64,000 nt of DNA, taken from positions 128,001 to 192,000 of IMG/VR virus record IMGVR_UViG_3300028887_000067; one strand, given 5' to 3'. Origin of the DNA: a virus (lineage: Duplodnaviria > Caudoviricetes). The notes below the pieces were generated by a model. That model ran no database searches, was not told the origin of the DNA, and saw only the letters and a list, made by a program, of their open reading frames with translations. A program made the translations under genes and the position numbers. Every line of letters starts with the position of its first letter. Position 1 is the stretch's first letter. Below, piece after piece: positions 51,101-61,000 of the stretch.

Positions 51101-53191
51101 GGCGACTTCGCCACCTCTGCACAGGGTGCCAAGGCTGATTCGGCATATCAGAAGCCATCCGGTGGCATTCCCGATACTGACCTCAGTTCTGGGGTACAAG
51201 CGTCGCTTGGAAAGGCGGACACCGCTCTCCAGAGTCACCAGGACATCAGCGGTAAAGCCGATAAGGTAAGCGGTGCCACAAACGGCAACTTTGCCGGTCT
51301 CGATGCCAATGGCAACCTTACTGATTCGGGTAGCAAGGCCAGCGACTTCGCTACCGCTGCACAGGGTACCTTGGCCGATTCTGCATATCAGTTGCCCTCC
51401 GGCGGAATGCCGTCGACAGATATGGCTTCCGCAGTCCAGACATCATTGGGCAAGGCGGATTCCGCAATACAGGGTGTCAAGGTGAATAGCACGGCGCTGA
51501 CACCAGACGCTAACCACATTGTCGACATCACGATAAATAACGCAACAGTCACGATCGACATGGCCGGCACGGCATCATCGCCTAACCGATCTGTGGGCTC
51601 GTTCACGGTCGACCAGTCGGCTGCTAGTACGATTACTATTCCGACAGCCGTTTCCGCCATTCCGGAAGTCATCGACCAGAATAACGAAGTCGTTACGGCT
51701 GCGGTTCCCGCCCAGCCCGGCGTGCTAAGTTCTGGTGACAAGGAGAAGCTCGATGGCCTGTTCAACGTTACCGGCAGCTCCACCATCGCAATCGACCCCT
51801 CCACGCATGCGGTTAGCGCGATTGTTGGGCCGGACGGGGGCGTGGTAGCGGGTGCCAGTGGATTGATAGTCCAGCCGGACTTGGTTTCCAGGGTCGTATA
51901 CGTTGGTGCTGACTGCGTGTATAACGACAAGACGTTCTGGAGCGATTCCGCAACCGTAGATGGTATCATTGCTGATTATGCTAACCAGACTGTTACTGAC
52001 TATCGCGGCAACGGCGTACCTTTGGCTCGCTTCGTTGCCGAGTACGACAGCAATCGTTACCGCATCGCCAACATCGACGAGACTCCGGGCACGGTCGAAT
52101 ATAACAGGAAGATTGGTGGCCAGATCATCGACTTGATGCGAAGCGATTTCTGGATGTCCTCTCATCCGACCTACGATATCATCAAGTTCGACCAGGATAT
52201 GGACAAGCTGTTCGACTTGCTGATGACCGGCTCGCCCATGAATGCGTACTTGCTACTGAACGAGATGACCAGTACCGCATTCATCACTGACGCTCGCCGA
52301 GAGATGTATATGGACATGATCAAGGCGTACGACGCTTGGCCGTACACGGACAAGGATACCGCATACGCTGACTTCATGGCTGAACATGCGCTCGATCGGT
52401 TCGTACAGGTGTCGACTTCTTGGCCGCTTAATTCTTGGAACTCGTACCGTTACGTGATGGCCGGGACGAAGACAGCTACCGACAAGGTGATTTTCGTCCT
52501 TCGCCACGCGGAACGCGGTGACGACACAAGTGTGAATGGGGACATCAACTCGACGGGTGTGACGACTTGTACCACTATGGGTGAACAAGTACGTAATAAC
52601 GCCTCTTGGTCCAGCGGTGGCACAACTTACCGGATTGACAATTTCCCGGCGAACGATGCAACTTACTATTCTACAGAATACTTGAGGTGCAAGCATTCCG
52701 CCCAGGCATTCGCCGAAGCGCGTTATGATACCGACTTTGCCGCATCGGATTATAGCGGGATAACGGTCGAAGCCGATATGCTCAACCAGTACAGGTTCTT
52801 CTACCAGCCGGCATCTTCCGGTAATAGCGACCTGATTAGGAAGTATTCGGTTAACCCGTCGCAGTTGACTAGCTCGGAACTCAGCAATTACTTCGGGGTA
52901 AGCTCCGCCGCCGAGGCCCAGGAAAAGCTGTCCAACGACTACGTAAGAGTCTGCAAGGAAATCTTGAACAAATCGACGGCTAGGTTGAATATGTTCTACA
53001 CGCATGACTTCTTCACGTTGCCGCTGGCCGTAATGGCATCCAATAAGTATTTCGACTTCTCCGGTAACAGCAGTGCCGATAACCGAAACTGGATTAACTA
53101 TTGCGCTGGTATCGGTATGATTCTTCATCCAGACAATACATACGAAGTGCTGCCGGTGCGTGGTAAGAGTAACGGTACAATGACTATCTAA
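45122..53191 (+). CDS. Giant repetitive tail fibre (2689 aa) with a C-terminal histidine phosphatase domain
   Basis: N-terminal QTLSTDQQHQARKNV fibre motif; repeats VATSGSY.DL.NKP, QVNSDWNA, GNFAGLD.NGNLTDSG; C-terminal VLRHAER..YLRC..THD. Confidence 0.85.
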   Translation: MEITTHVLTSKQTLSTDQQHQARKNVQAVGAVKVDGSTTISPDPNNNDIVDLSGAFDTIQNAIENVRQVPTVQSSDNGKVLGVTDANGSIGWVESQVASQVNADWTATEGVAEILHKPDLSVYAQAADLSSVATSGSYNDLEDKPDLAGYAVKSEMSVTAGSGADVDKTTIQLKSGISATVLTTHQDVTGKADKVANATVGNLASLDSNGNLSDSGVASANLVHDGSYVHTDNNYTNADKTKLEGIASGAEVNIQSDWNQTDDTADDFIKNKPEIPAAQVKADWNASGTVAEILNKPTIPTVDQAFDATSTNAQSGVAVSGAVSGKYEKPSGGIPATDLESAVQTSLGKSDSAIQGVKVNHSLLTPDADKVVDVVVDEVPTVTSTDNGKVLKASYNNGVASYAWQSEGGGSQSVVDQHYSASSTNAQSGTAVAEAIGTVRQVPSTQSSDENKVLGVTDANGTLGWVTPAASQVNADWNATSGAAEILNKPSLAAVATSGAYSDLSGTPDLSNYVTDASYVHTDNNYTNADKNKLAGIAAGAEVNVQSDWNQTDDTADDFIKNKPTIPSFNQTQMDAIDSGITSAKVDGYDRHVSDTDVHVTTSDKTAWNAKYDKPSGGIPKADMADAVQTSLGKADTALQEHQDISGKADKSEMSVVAGTGTNADKTTITLKSGTSATVLTSHQDISGKQDVISDLSDIRSGASAGATAVQPGDLATVATSGSYSDLSNKPTIPAAQVNSDWNASSGVAEILNKPSLSAVATSGSYTDLTDTPSIPAAQVNSDWDASSGVAQILNKPSLATVATSGDYDDLTNKPLIPDAQVNSDWNASSGVAEILNKPTLATVATSGDYDDLTNKPSIPAAQVNSDWDAFSGVAQILNKPTLAAVATSGSYNDLSNKPTIPAAQVQSDWEQDDSSEVDYIKNKPSLASVATSGSYNDLTNKPTIPAAQVNSDWNASSGVAEILNKPSIPSVDQSYGSSSTNAQSGTAVAEAIGTVRQVPSTQSSDNGKVLGVTDTSGSLGWVDQPADELPSITGNGGKVLKVNAGATAVEWDDETDTTYESKTAAESGTDVSLVTTGEKYTWDHKQDALSFDGTYTASSNKVATESTVSSAVQALDAEVTSSDGTNVQVKVTEANGKVTAVNITTDNTESKSNKKQSIDSTSETEYPSSKAVANFVNSSVATATARFLGSFTLTNLGLSYGATNAQIATALDNHTWPSGTTPTNNDYVYVEIQDPQTTGIDDEVRRFKFNGTVWAYEYTLNNSSFTAAEKAAIDSGITATAVSNYNTHIDDTDIHVTSSDKSDWNAKYDLPSGGIPSTDLSSDVQTSLGKADTALQSHQDISGKADKVSGATSGNFAALDGNGNLVDSNSKASDFATSAQGTKADSAIQEIKVNGSSQSPDANKVIDITVPAAQVNSDWNASSGVAEILNKPNLGLYAEKSEMSVTAGTGTDADKTTIQLKTGLTATVLTAHQDISGKQDTISDLQTIREGASAGATAYQKPSGGIPDTDLSSSVQTSLGKADTALQSHQDISGKADKVSGATNGNFAGLDSNGNLTDSGSKAGDFATAAQGGKADTAVQPGDLATVATSGSYTDLSNTPDLSDYVLSSSLATVATSGSYTDLSNTPDIPTVDQTYDGTSANAQSGVAVASVISDKADKVSGATNGNFAGLDSNGNLTDSGSKAGDFATSAQGAKADSAYQKPSGGIPDTDLSSGVQASLGKADTAVQPGNLATVATSGSYTDLSNTPDLSGYALSSSLATVATSGDYNDLDNLPTIPTVDQSYDASSVNAQSGVAVASAISDKADKVSSATNGNFAGLDSNGNLTDSGSKASDFATAAQGAKADSAYQKPSGGIPDTDLSSSVQTSLGKADTALQSHQDISGKADKVSGATNGNFAGLDSSGNLTDSGSKASDFATAAQGTLADSAYQKPSGGIPDTDLSSGVQASLAKADTALQSHQDISGKADKVSGATNGNFAGLDSNGNLTDSGSKAGDFATSAQGAKADSAYQKPSGGIPDTDLSSGVQASLGKADTALQSHQDISGKADKVSGATNGNFAGLDANGNLTDSGSKASDFATAAQGTLADSAYQLPSGGMPSTDMASAVQTSLGKADSAIQGVKVNSTALTPDANHIVDITINNATVTIDMAGTASSPNRSVGSFTVDQSAASTITIPTAVSAIPEVIDQNNEVVTAAVPAQPGVLSSGDKEKLDGLFNVTGSSTIAIDPSTHAVSAIVGPDGGVVAGASGLIVQPDLVSRVVYVGADCVYNDKTFWSDSATVDGIIADYANQTVTDYRGNGVPLARFVAEYDSNRYRIANIDETPGTVEYNRKIGGQIIDLMRSDFWMSSHPTYDIIKFDQDMDKLFDLLMTGSPMNAYLLLNEMTSTAFITDARREMYMDMIKAYDAWPYTDKDTAYADFMAEHALDRFVQVSTSWPLNSWNSYRYVMAGTKTATDKVIFVLRHAERGDDTSVNGDINSTGVTTCTTMGEQVRNNASWSSGGTTYRIDNFPANDATYYSTEYLRCKHSAQAFAEARYDTDFAASDYSGITVEADMLNQYRFFYQPASSGNSDLIRKYSVNPSQLTSSELSNYFGVSSAAEAQEKLSNDYVRVCKEILNKSTARLNMFYTHDFFTLPLAVMASNKYFDFSGNSSADNRNWINYCAGIGMILHPDNTYEVLPVRGKSNGTMTI
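47264..48025 (+). repeat. About six tandem 126-bp (42-aa) fibre repeats
   Basis: CCTGCGGCTCAGGTAAATTCCGA recurs at 47321, 47447 and 47699. Confidence 0.9.
49050..51480 (+). repeat. 240-bp (80-aa) fibre repeat block with interleaved modules
   Basis: Near-identical units start at 50761, 51001 and 51241; related copies lie near 49140, 49710 and 50090. Confidence 0.9.
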
Positions 53192-53250
53192 TTAATCCAT
53201 AATACATCAAATCTCGGACATCCGTCCGGGTTTTTTGCTATATTTCGAAT

Positions 53251-53499
53251 ATGGCAAGAAAGATACCTGAATGGCCCCGCGACAGGCCGTATTTCTACGA
53301 CGGAAATTCCTATTTCTCCGATAAGGGAGGAAAGCCGTGCCGCTCCGTCGAGGACGCCTACCGGGAGCGGTACAAGGCCGAAATAGCAGCTGGCCGGATG
53401 CCGGAGAATCCAAGTTACGGGTACGTGTCCGGTTACGTGGCCGTGCTCGGCCTGTGCTTCGTCATATATCTGATACTATCTTATTTTGCAGGAGGTTGA
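53251..53499 (+). CDS. Small membrane protein, probably translated from a leaderless transcript
   Basis: TGcTATATT -10 element 6 nt before the ATG; C-terminal TM helix. Confidence 0.7.
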   Translation: MARKIPEWPRDRPYFYDGNSYFSDKGGKPCRSVEDAYRERYKAEIAAGRMPENPSYGYVSGYVAVLGLCFVIYLILSYFAGG

Positions 53500-53500
53500 T

Positions 53501-54163
53501 ATGGAAGCGCCAGAAGAGCTTCAAACCGCCATAGTGGACTATACCTTTTCGCTCCGGCATCATGAGCCGTTCAAGAAAATGCCGAAGGACGACCTGTACT
53601 ACACGCTGAAGAATATGAAGAACAGGGACGAGGACGAGGAACGCATGTTCCAGGGTGTCGTTAAGTTGCGCCAATCGGTGGATGATTTCAACGAAACCAT
53701 TCGCGCTACCCTGAAGGCGAAGCTCGACAGGGCGACAGGGATTGTCAAGGGAATGTTCGTCGGGAAGTTCGTCACGTACAACTACCGAAACAGGGACATC
53801 GAGAGCGAAGACATGGACTATATCTTCGTCAAGGACGTAGAAGTCGGGCCATGGGGTGGAGGGACTCCCCATTTCCTGCTGAAAGGCCCGTCAGTGCGCA
53901 TTACATTCGGCTATCGTCCGCAAGGCCATACCATGCAGTTCGACCCGAACCGCATCGTGCCGTTCGTGCCGACCACTGTGCCGACCACCGCGCCGAACGC
54001 GAATGCCGTAAAGGAGGCCGTCCGGAACTTCACCCTGGTCAGGTACAGCACCGAGAATGACTTCTTCAACCGGTCGAAGCTGCTGATAGATTCCATATGC
54101 AAGGCGTATGATGAAATGAGGACTACACTGGTACAGATAGCACACGAGGATAAACATGGTTGA
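53501..54163 (+). CDS. Hypothetical protein
   Basis: GGAGG RBS before ATG 53501. Confidence 0.75.
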   Translation: MEAPEELQTAIVDYTFSLRHHEPFKKMPKDDLYYTLKNMKNRDEDEERMFQGVVKLRQSVDDFNETIRATLKAKLDRATGIVKGMFVGKFVTYNYRNRDIESEDMDYIFVKDVEVGPWGGGTPHFLLKGPSVRITFGYRPQGHTMQFDPNRIVPFVPTTVPTTAPNANAVKEAVRNFTLVRYSTENDFFNRSKLLIDSICKAYDEMRTTLVQIAHEDKHG

Positions 54164-54602
54164 AGAACTCAAGAAGACGCCCGTAGCCAAGACGGACAAC
54201 GATGTAAAGAATCTGTTCGGACAGTTGGACGACCTCAAGAAACAGATTGCTGATGTCGTGGTGAGGAAAGCTGCCGAAAAATTCGAAGAAAAGTGGGTTC
54301 ACGTTAAATGTTGCGACATTCATAGATATTATCACGTAAAGCAGCTGACGAGAGTGAACTTTAGCAGCTACATCACGGAAGGACACGACCCCGAGATATA
54401 TTGCGTGTGTGACTGCGAGTTCTCGTTCACGTATCGTGACGGTCTCGCCCTGTACCGTCAGGAGGTTACCAATTCGCTCGAGCTCGGCCCAAAGACGAAG
54501 GTATGTACTGACGAAGAGGTGCGTGACGAGCTCAAACGGTTCCGGAAGGAGATGGACAGCGCGGTCACCGAAATGATGGACAAATTCACGACAAAGAAAT
54601 AG
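54156..54602 (+). CDS. Hypothetical protein
   Basis: GAGGA RBS; overlaps the upstream gene. Confidence 0.75.
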   Translation: MVEELKKTPVAKTDNDVKNLFGQLDDLKKQIADVVVRKAAEKFEEKWVHVKCCDIHRYYHVKQLTRVNFSSYITEGHDPEIYCVCDCEFSFTYRDGLALYRQEVTNSLELGPKTKVCTDEEVRDELKRFRKEMDSAVTEMMDKFTTKK

Positions 54603-54672
54603 CCGCTGTTGCGGCCAGTTTGCACAGAAACACACGCGGTGGTCGCCGCGTGTTTTTCGTATGGGCGGAAAA

Positions 54673-55071
54673 TTACTTCTTGTCGCCGGCCTGTTCGGCC
54701 TTGGTTTCCTCGACCTTGACCTCTTCCTTCACGTTCTCGGCCTTAGATTCCTCCTTGGCCTTGTCTTTGTGGTGGAAATGGGGTCCGAAGGCTTCGCGGT
54801 GCCGGCGGATGCCTTCCTTCCGGAGTTCATCGAAGTTCTTCCGGAACGTCTCCTGGCGCTTCAGTAGACCCTCGATGAAGGTACTGACCTTCTCCTTGTC
54901 GACGGGTTTCTTGGTGCCGTCCTTGTCTACGGTTTCGAGAGGGACCTTACCCGATTTTAGGGCTTTGTCGACACCCTTGAGAGCCTTCCGGAAGATGGAA
55001 TCGAAGAGAGCCTTGTTGACGGCCTTGCGTTCCTCGGCGGTAATCCGCTTTTTAGGTTGCTGATTTTGCAT
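54673..55071 (-). CDS. Highly charged small protein
   Basis: AGGAG RBS before MQNQQ; K/E-rich. Confidence 0.7.
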   Translation of the reverse strand: MQNQQPKKRITAEERKAVNKALFDSIFRKALKGVDKALKSGKVPLETVDKDGTKKPVDKEKVSTFIEGLLKRQETFRKNFDELRKEGIRRHREAFGPHFHHKDKAKEESKAENVKEEVKVEETKAEQAGDKK

Positions 55072-55097
55072 ATTATACTCCTGTTTAAACTTGTTTA

Positions 55098-58000
55098 TCA
55101 TTCGACTATGTCTCCAGAATTTGACTCAGGCAAGTCCGGCGGTTCCATGAACATACCGCCATTCGCAACTTTCCTGAGTTCGAATGTTGGGCCGACCAGT
55201 TCGAGTATGTACGTCTCGCCAGTCGATATGGTTCCAATCTCCGTGTCATTGAGGTAGATCGTGATTGGAACATTAGTTGAATCAAGGATTGTGATGTTGC
55301 CGCCATCATTGTCGAAGCACCCAACTTTATTATTGGAGATATAGAGCTTGGATTCCGGCAATACACGGGACATCGTACCATCGCCTTCCACATGTACATA
55401 TATTTCATTAATATTGGAAGGAATACCCGAAGGTGGAACGGGTGCCTCACCGACCACGAAGGTTGCGGATACGTTGCCGTCCTCGATTGTGACTGGATCG
55501 GAGTCGGTGTAGTTTTCGATGTTCAATACGTTGACCGAATTGGTGCGGATGTCTATGTCATACTCAGCAGCAATGGCATAGTATTCTCGTTCAATGGGAT
55601 CGCCTTCACCTGGGTTGGGAATGGTTTCATATGTTGACACCAAGGTTTCCGTAATCAATTCATCAAAGGACTTGGACTGGGGCGTTGGCCACTCGACTGC
55701 GTCAGTGTACAGCCCGATCGAATACGGGGTTTCGAACAATGCCGCCGTATTGTTATTGATCTCGACCTCTTCATTGTCATTATTGCTGTAAAGGAATATT
55801 TGGGCCATCGAGCAACGTTCGATGCCGTGCCGACCAATTTCAAAACTAGTAAAAGAGACTGTTGGCTCATGTGAACTATCAGCATTGTTTTCATAGAGTT
55901 GGTATGCTGTCGTATCGTCCTTATAATCAATGGTGAGCATATTCTTGGTCAATGCCATGAACACAAACTCTGCCGATAGATCTGCAGTCTCGTAGTAATT
56001 GCCAACAAAATCATCTTCCGTATATTGTAATGAGTAAGCCCAGAAGTGATTGCGATAGAAATATATCGGATCCAATAGGCGGTAGTAATACGAAGAATCG
56101 CTGTACCATTCGTCATTTTTTGCATCCATGGTCAGCCGAGGAACGTACGAGAGCACGGTAGCGAACAATCCGATCTCGGCAACCAGGTAATATTTAACCG
56201 TGACTGTTAAATTCGGACCGGATGATGTTTGCGCCTTGCTTGTGCTGGAGCGACCTTGCAAAGTTGAGTTAACCGGGGCGGAATACGAATTAATCAGTTC
56301 CTCCGATTCAGCAATAGCAAAGATGGATTCATTTTTTACCGACGCATCCACTACCTTGAACCGTATGGTTTTACCACCAAAATAAGGATACCATGGCGGC
56401 ATAAAGTCATTGATGTCGGTAATGTAATCATTGTTTAAACTAGCACTCCTTAGTTCTTCACTAACCTTGTATTCGAGATATACATCGATGCCCTGTGGGG
56501 CAAACCATTCATAGTTCTTGATGGCGTCCTCGATAGTATTGACGTACACTGCACGAGTCTCTGTTGCCACTATCTTCCATTCGACCGGCTCGGCACCCTC
56601 GACTCGGTTGGCTTCCCAGTCTGGAGTAATCGGGTCGGTGTCGGTTATCTGCTCCGGTTCCGGATTAACCGATTCGTCCTCGCTGAATACGAAATTGCAC
56701 AACGGGACGCAGTTGTAGCTGAATGGAACCGACACATTCTCGTTAGTGTCCGAGTCCTTCTTGACCTTGGAGCCGATGGACATGATGTTCTTCGTGTCCG
56801 GCATCAGGCTGCAAGAGAATATTTCATACGGCGGCTTCTCCGTTGGCGGTTCTTCGGCTTCGCCATAGTCATACACGGAAACCAACAAACTGTGGAAACC
56901 GTCGTAGACGAACGATACGCCTTCATCAAATTCGAGAGTCAACCAGTGCTTTTCGCCGAGGTCATTCTTCTTGGATCGAGCCTCGAACAATACATTGCCA
57001 TCGAACACCAAGTTACTTGTAGTCGGCGGTTCGACAGAATCTGTCTTGCTGGTGAACGCAGTGTAGTGCGTGTACCGAATATATGCCTTGAGATGCCGAG
57101 TCATGCTACGGTATCCGTAATCACTGGTGTCCCAGTAAGGCGAGTAGTAGAATCGAATTCCAGTGATAAGTCCGCCACGCTGGATATACTCGGCGGGATA
57201 TATCATGTGCGATTCGGAGACCGGAGAAGCGTTCCAAACGGCGTCAGTGGAGTTGACCGGAAGAGGTCCATAGTGACCGGTGTTTCCAGAACCCTCGTCT
57301 GGTACTTCGCTTGCTGTGGTGTCGTATCGGACACCGTCCGCGAATGTTAATGTTATGGTTGGTGCGCCATCCTTTAAGGAGAGCGTGCCAACGGTGGCAA
57401 AATTATCCGGATCGCACGGATCCAGATAGCCACTGTCGCTTACTACGCACAACGATGAGCTATGCGGATCTTCAGAATCCGATGGGGTATAGTAAAATTC
57501 TGGTGCCATTCCACTGATAGCATCATTGCCACCATCTTCGATCACGACAAGGAGATTATCTTCGCCGTTGTATTCGAATGTGGTAGGGGTAATCGTCTGT
57601 GTATTATCATCAAGCGTATTAATCGAGATGTCTATTGTCGTTTTTGGCACGTAGTTCAGCTTTCCGTAATATACGCAATCACTCCAAGATACGAGTGGGT
57701 CACTTGCCAACATACTTAATGTGATGTTGTCGGGGAAATAGTCAACTGCTGCTGGAAGCGTTTTCAGATATACATATACTTCGCGAGTACATTCCGTTCC
57801 TTCGTCACAATAGAATTTGATTGATGATATTTTGCCAGCACATTTTATATCACTGGCTTTTATTATGTGATATGAAACCGAGTACGACTTGCCTTCTATA
57901 CCGAATATGCGGTCATCAGCCCTGCCTGAGTTCTTGTCACCAATGGTAATCGGCAACTCATATTTCGGCACAGAATATGGTTCATTGTAGCCAAATGTAA

Positions 58001-61000
58001 TATTTGCTACACCGTACTGCGCCGTCATTGTAGGATTGGGTTCTGGATCTGGCGGGATTTGAATTTGTTCGCCACCAATGATTGAACAGCGTTGATTTGT
58101 ATAGGAACCGTCCGTTTTGTAGAAGAACGTCGGCAATTCGCTTCGCACTATGGTCGGGTCATACTTAACACTGATAATAACTACTAGCAGATTGCCGTAA
58201 CCGCTATATTCAACGGCGGACTGTTCTGGCTCAGCATCATCATCGAGAAGGTTAATCTTGGTTACTGGAATCTTTACGGTACCATACGGCAAGAATCTGA
58301 CCACTCCACTATATATGAGATCGTCAATGTCCCAATCAAAGTAATCCTCGAAGGCTGACAAGCTAATTGGTTCATCGGGAAATTCTTCAAACTCTCTGCT
58401 AATTTCCTTCACTACTACTTGAATGACATAATCATCGGCGGTACCGGGTCCGCAATGGAATTTCAAGGAGGTAATTTTACCCGGCGTGAGATCTTCGCTA
58501 TGATATACCTGTGCGGCAACGGAGAAGTTGTTGCCATCGTATTCGAATATTCTGTTGTCGAATGTTTCGCTCTCCGGTCCGGTGTCTCCCTCGATCGGTA
58601 CGTACTCCGGCACGTTCTCGGTGTTCTCTACACCGACCAAGTCGATGGTGGAGCCATCGCCGGCACCTATGCGCATCTGTACGGCCTTCTTTCCGTCGTA
58701 CACGGTAGGTACCACTTCTCCGTGCAGTTCCCAAGAGCGCATTGCCGTGTCGCCGGAATCCTGCTCGGTGCTCGCCGACTTTATTTCACCATCAGTGGTT
58801 TCGGTGGAAGAAACATCTACAACTGCGGATACGCTCGGTACGTTCTCATAGAGCACGCCCTTGCCGAGCACGGCGGCCTTGTACACTTCGTTGAAGGAAG
58901 TACCTTCGTTGATTTTGACGTAAGAGCGTAGGAAATCGGTGTCAATTTGCTCAACGCTGAGCTTGGTGCGGTTGAATACGCCGCCAACACCGGACCCAGT
59001 AACGCCGCCATCCTCGTCCTCGTCAGTGCGGAACGTGATTCCCGCCTTTACGTGGATGTTGGCGAGGTCATGCGGGAGGCCATCCAATACGCCAGCGCCC
59101 ATAGGGATTTCGGTCAGTCCATGCCACTCTAGTCCGTACAGTGGCACATATTTTTCGAACGCATTCTTGATTGCGTCGTCAGCGCCGTTGAACGTATTGG
59201 AAGATACGCTGGAGGTAATCCCAAGAACAAGCTCGACGAGCATCTCCACGTTGTAGTTACCTAGTGCGCGAATCAACAGTTCGGCTATCGCCGTGCCGAT
59301 CAGTCCACTGAAGTTCGAAACGTTAATGACCGATGCGGACGGGGTAGCACCGGCCACCTTGGCCAGACACTGTGTCGAATACAGCCGCTTCGCATCCTTG
59401 TCAAACTTGAGCAGGGATACCGGCCATCCTTTTTCCACAAGGTGATAGACGGCACGTTGGTTCAATACGGTAGAGAAGCTCATCGTCATGTTGTTGATGA
59501 GTTGGAGAAGTTCCTTGATGCGGGTTACGCTGATTCCGATACCGAGCAAGTCGCCTATGGCGTCGATAAGTCCTTGAATATATTCCAGTCCCGGAATAGT
59601 ATCACCGAGTCGTTCAATCACATCCTCGATTTGCTCTACATACTCGATCAGTGTGTCAAGTTGGATACCGGTGTAGGCGTCACCTGAAATTGGTGCAAAT
59701 ATGTTCCATCCGTTAACGTCGACTATGAAACCCTTGTGCCGGTCAAATTCAATGTCGGTGTCTGGACCAAGAATGTCTTCCAATCCGGGAATTGTCGACA
59801 AGCGGCGATTAACATCCATGCCCACGGCAAAAAGATAGAATATGTCGTCATCACGTCCGAATGTGGCTTCGGATATGCCGGCCACCACGCCGGCCAACTG
59901 TTCTTGGTCGATTCCGAGCAAGTCTAGTATCGGATTAGCATTATCATTGTCGTTAGAATCATCGTCATTGTCTCCGCTCGGATCGTCACCGCTATCGGAG
60001 ATATCGCCATCACGGGTGGCTTCCAGACGGACAGAGCCGCCTTTATTGAGGCTTCCGCTATTCAGCGGTTCGATAGTCACGTCGCTGTTATCGGATTCCT
60101 CGGAACCGCCTATAAGGCCGCCGAGAATTCCGCCGATTCCAGATCCGCTTTCTCCGTTTCCAAGGCCGCTCAGCGTGTCCACGAGCTTGCCGCTGGTGAT
60201 GTTGCCCAGCGTCTCGATTACGCCTTCCAGGGTCGAAAGGTCCGCACCAGCATCCTTGAACGATGACAAGTCGACCGCGTACGTATTCGGGAGACCGATG
60301 GCCATGTAGCGCGGCGTGATGAAAGGCATGCTACGCTTGTAGGCGAGCCCTATACCGACACGGAGAAATCCGGCTAGGGTAATGTCAAGGTCGACTTCGT
60401 ACGGGAGCAAGGTATCATAGAGGACGCCTAAAATGGATGGAAGCACTTGGCCATAGATGTCATTTATCATGTCCTCGTAATTTTCGGCAACCCACTCGTC
60501 GTAGGTTTCTTCTACAGCCTTGCGCACAGAATCATCTGACAAGTCGGGAAGGTTATATTCACTGAAATCGAGGGTCGGGTCGGTCTCTGGGTTGTAAAAT
60601 TCATCGACATAATGATCAGCAAAATAATATACGACGAATTTTTCCAAAGTGAGCTGGCCGGTGATGAGCTTTACCGCATCGCCTTCCTCGAACGGGATGT
60701 AATTCGTCTGATATTCCGGTTCTTCCGTTATTGGTATGATCGTATTTGCTGGTGCGCGGTAGGCCATGTTGAACTGGTTCATCCGGTCGGAATATTTCTT
60801 GACAATCGTTTCCGGAATCTCGTCGAAGTAGTAACCCACCAAGTGACGGATATATTCGTCGGTGCTAGTGTAGTCCTTGATGACGTGCGGACGGCTGCTA
60901 CCAGTTAGGTCGGTGATGGACAGAAGGCCACCGGCGGAAGCGTCCTTGATCCAGCGGTCATAATCCATCTGGGCCTTGTCGCGTGTGGTGGGGTCGTCCA

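Noticed and set aside
47264-51480. Tandem repeats as a possible CRISPR array or DGR template
   Set aside because: The repeats are in-frame coding units without unique spacers; there is no cas gene or reverse transcriptase, and no adenine-specific variation was evident.
53501-54602. Possible paralogy of two adjacent hypothetical genes
   Set aside because: Only a vague F..K(F/W)V..Y..VK similarity, insufficient without a profile alignment.
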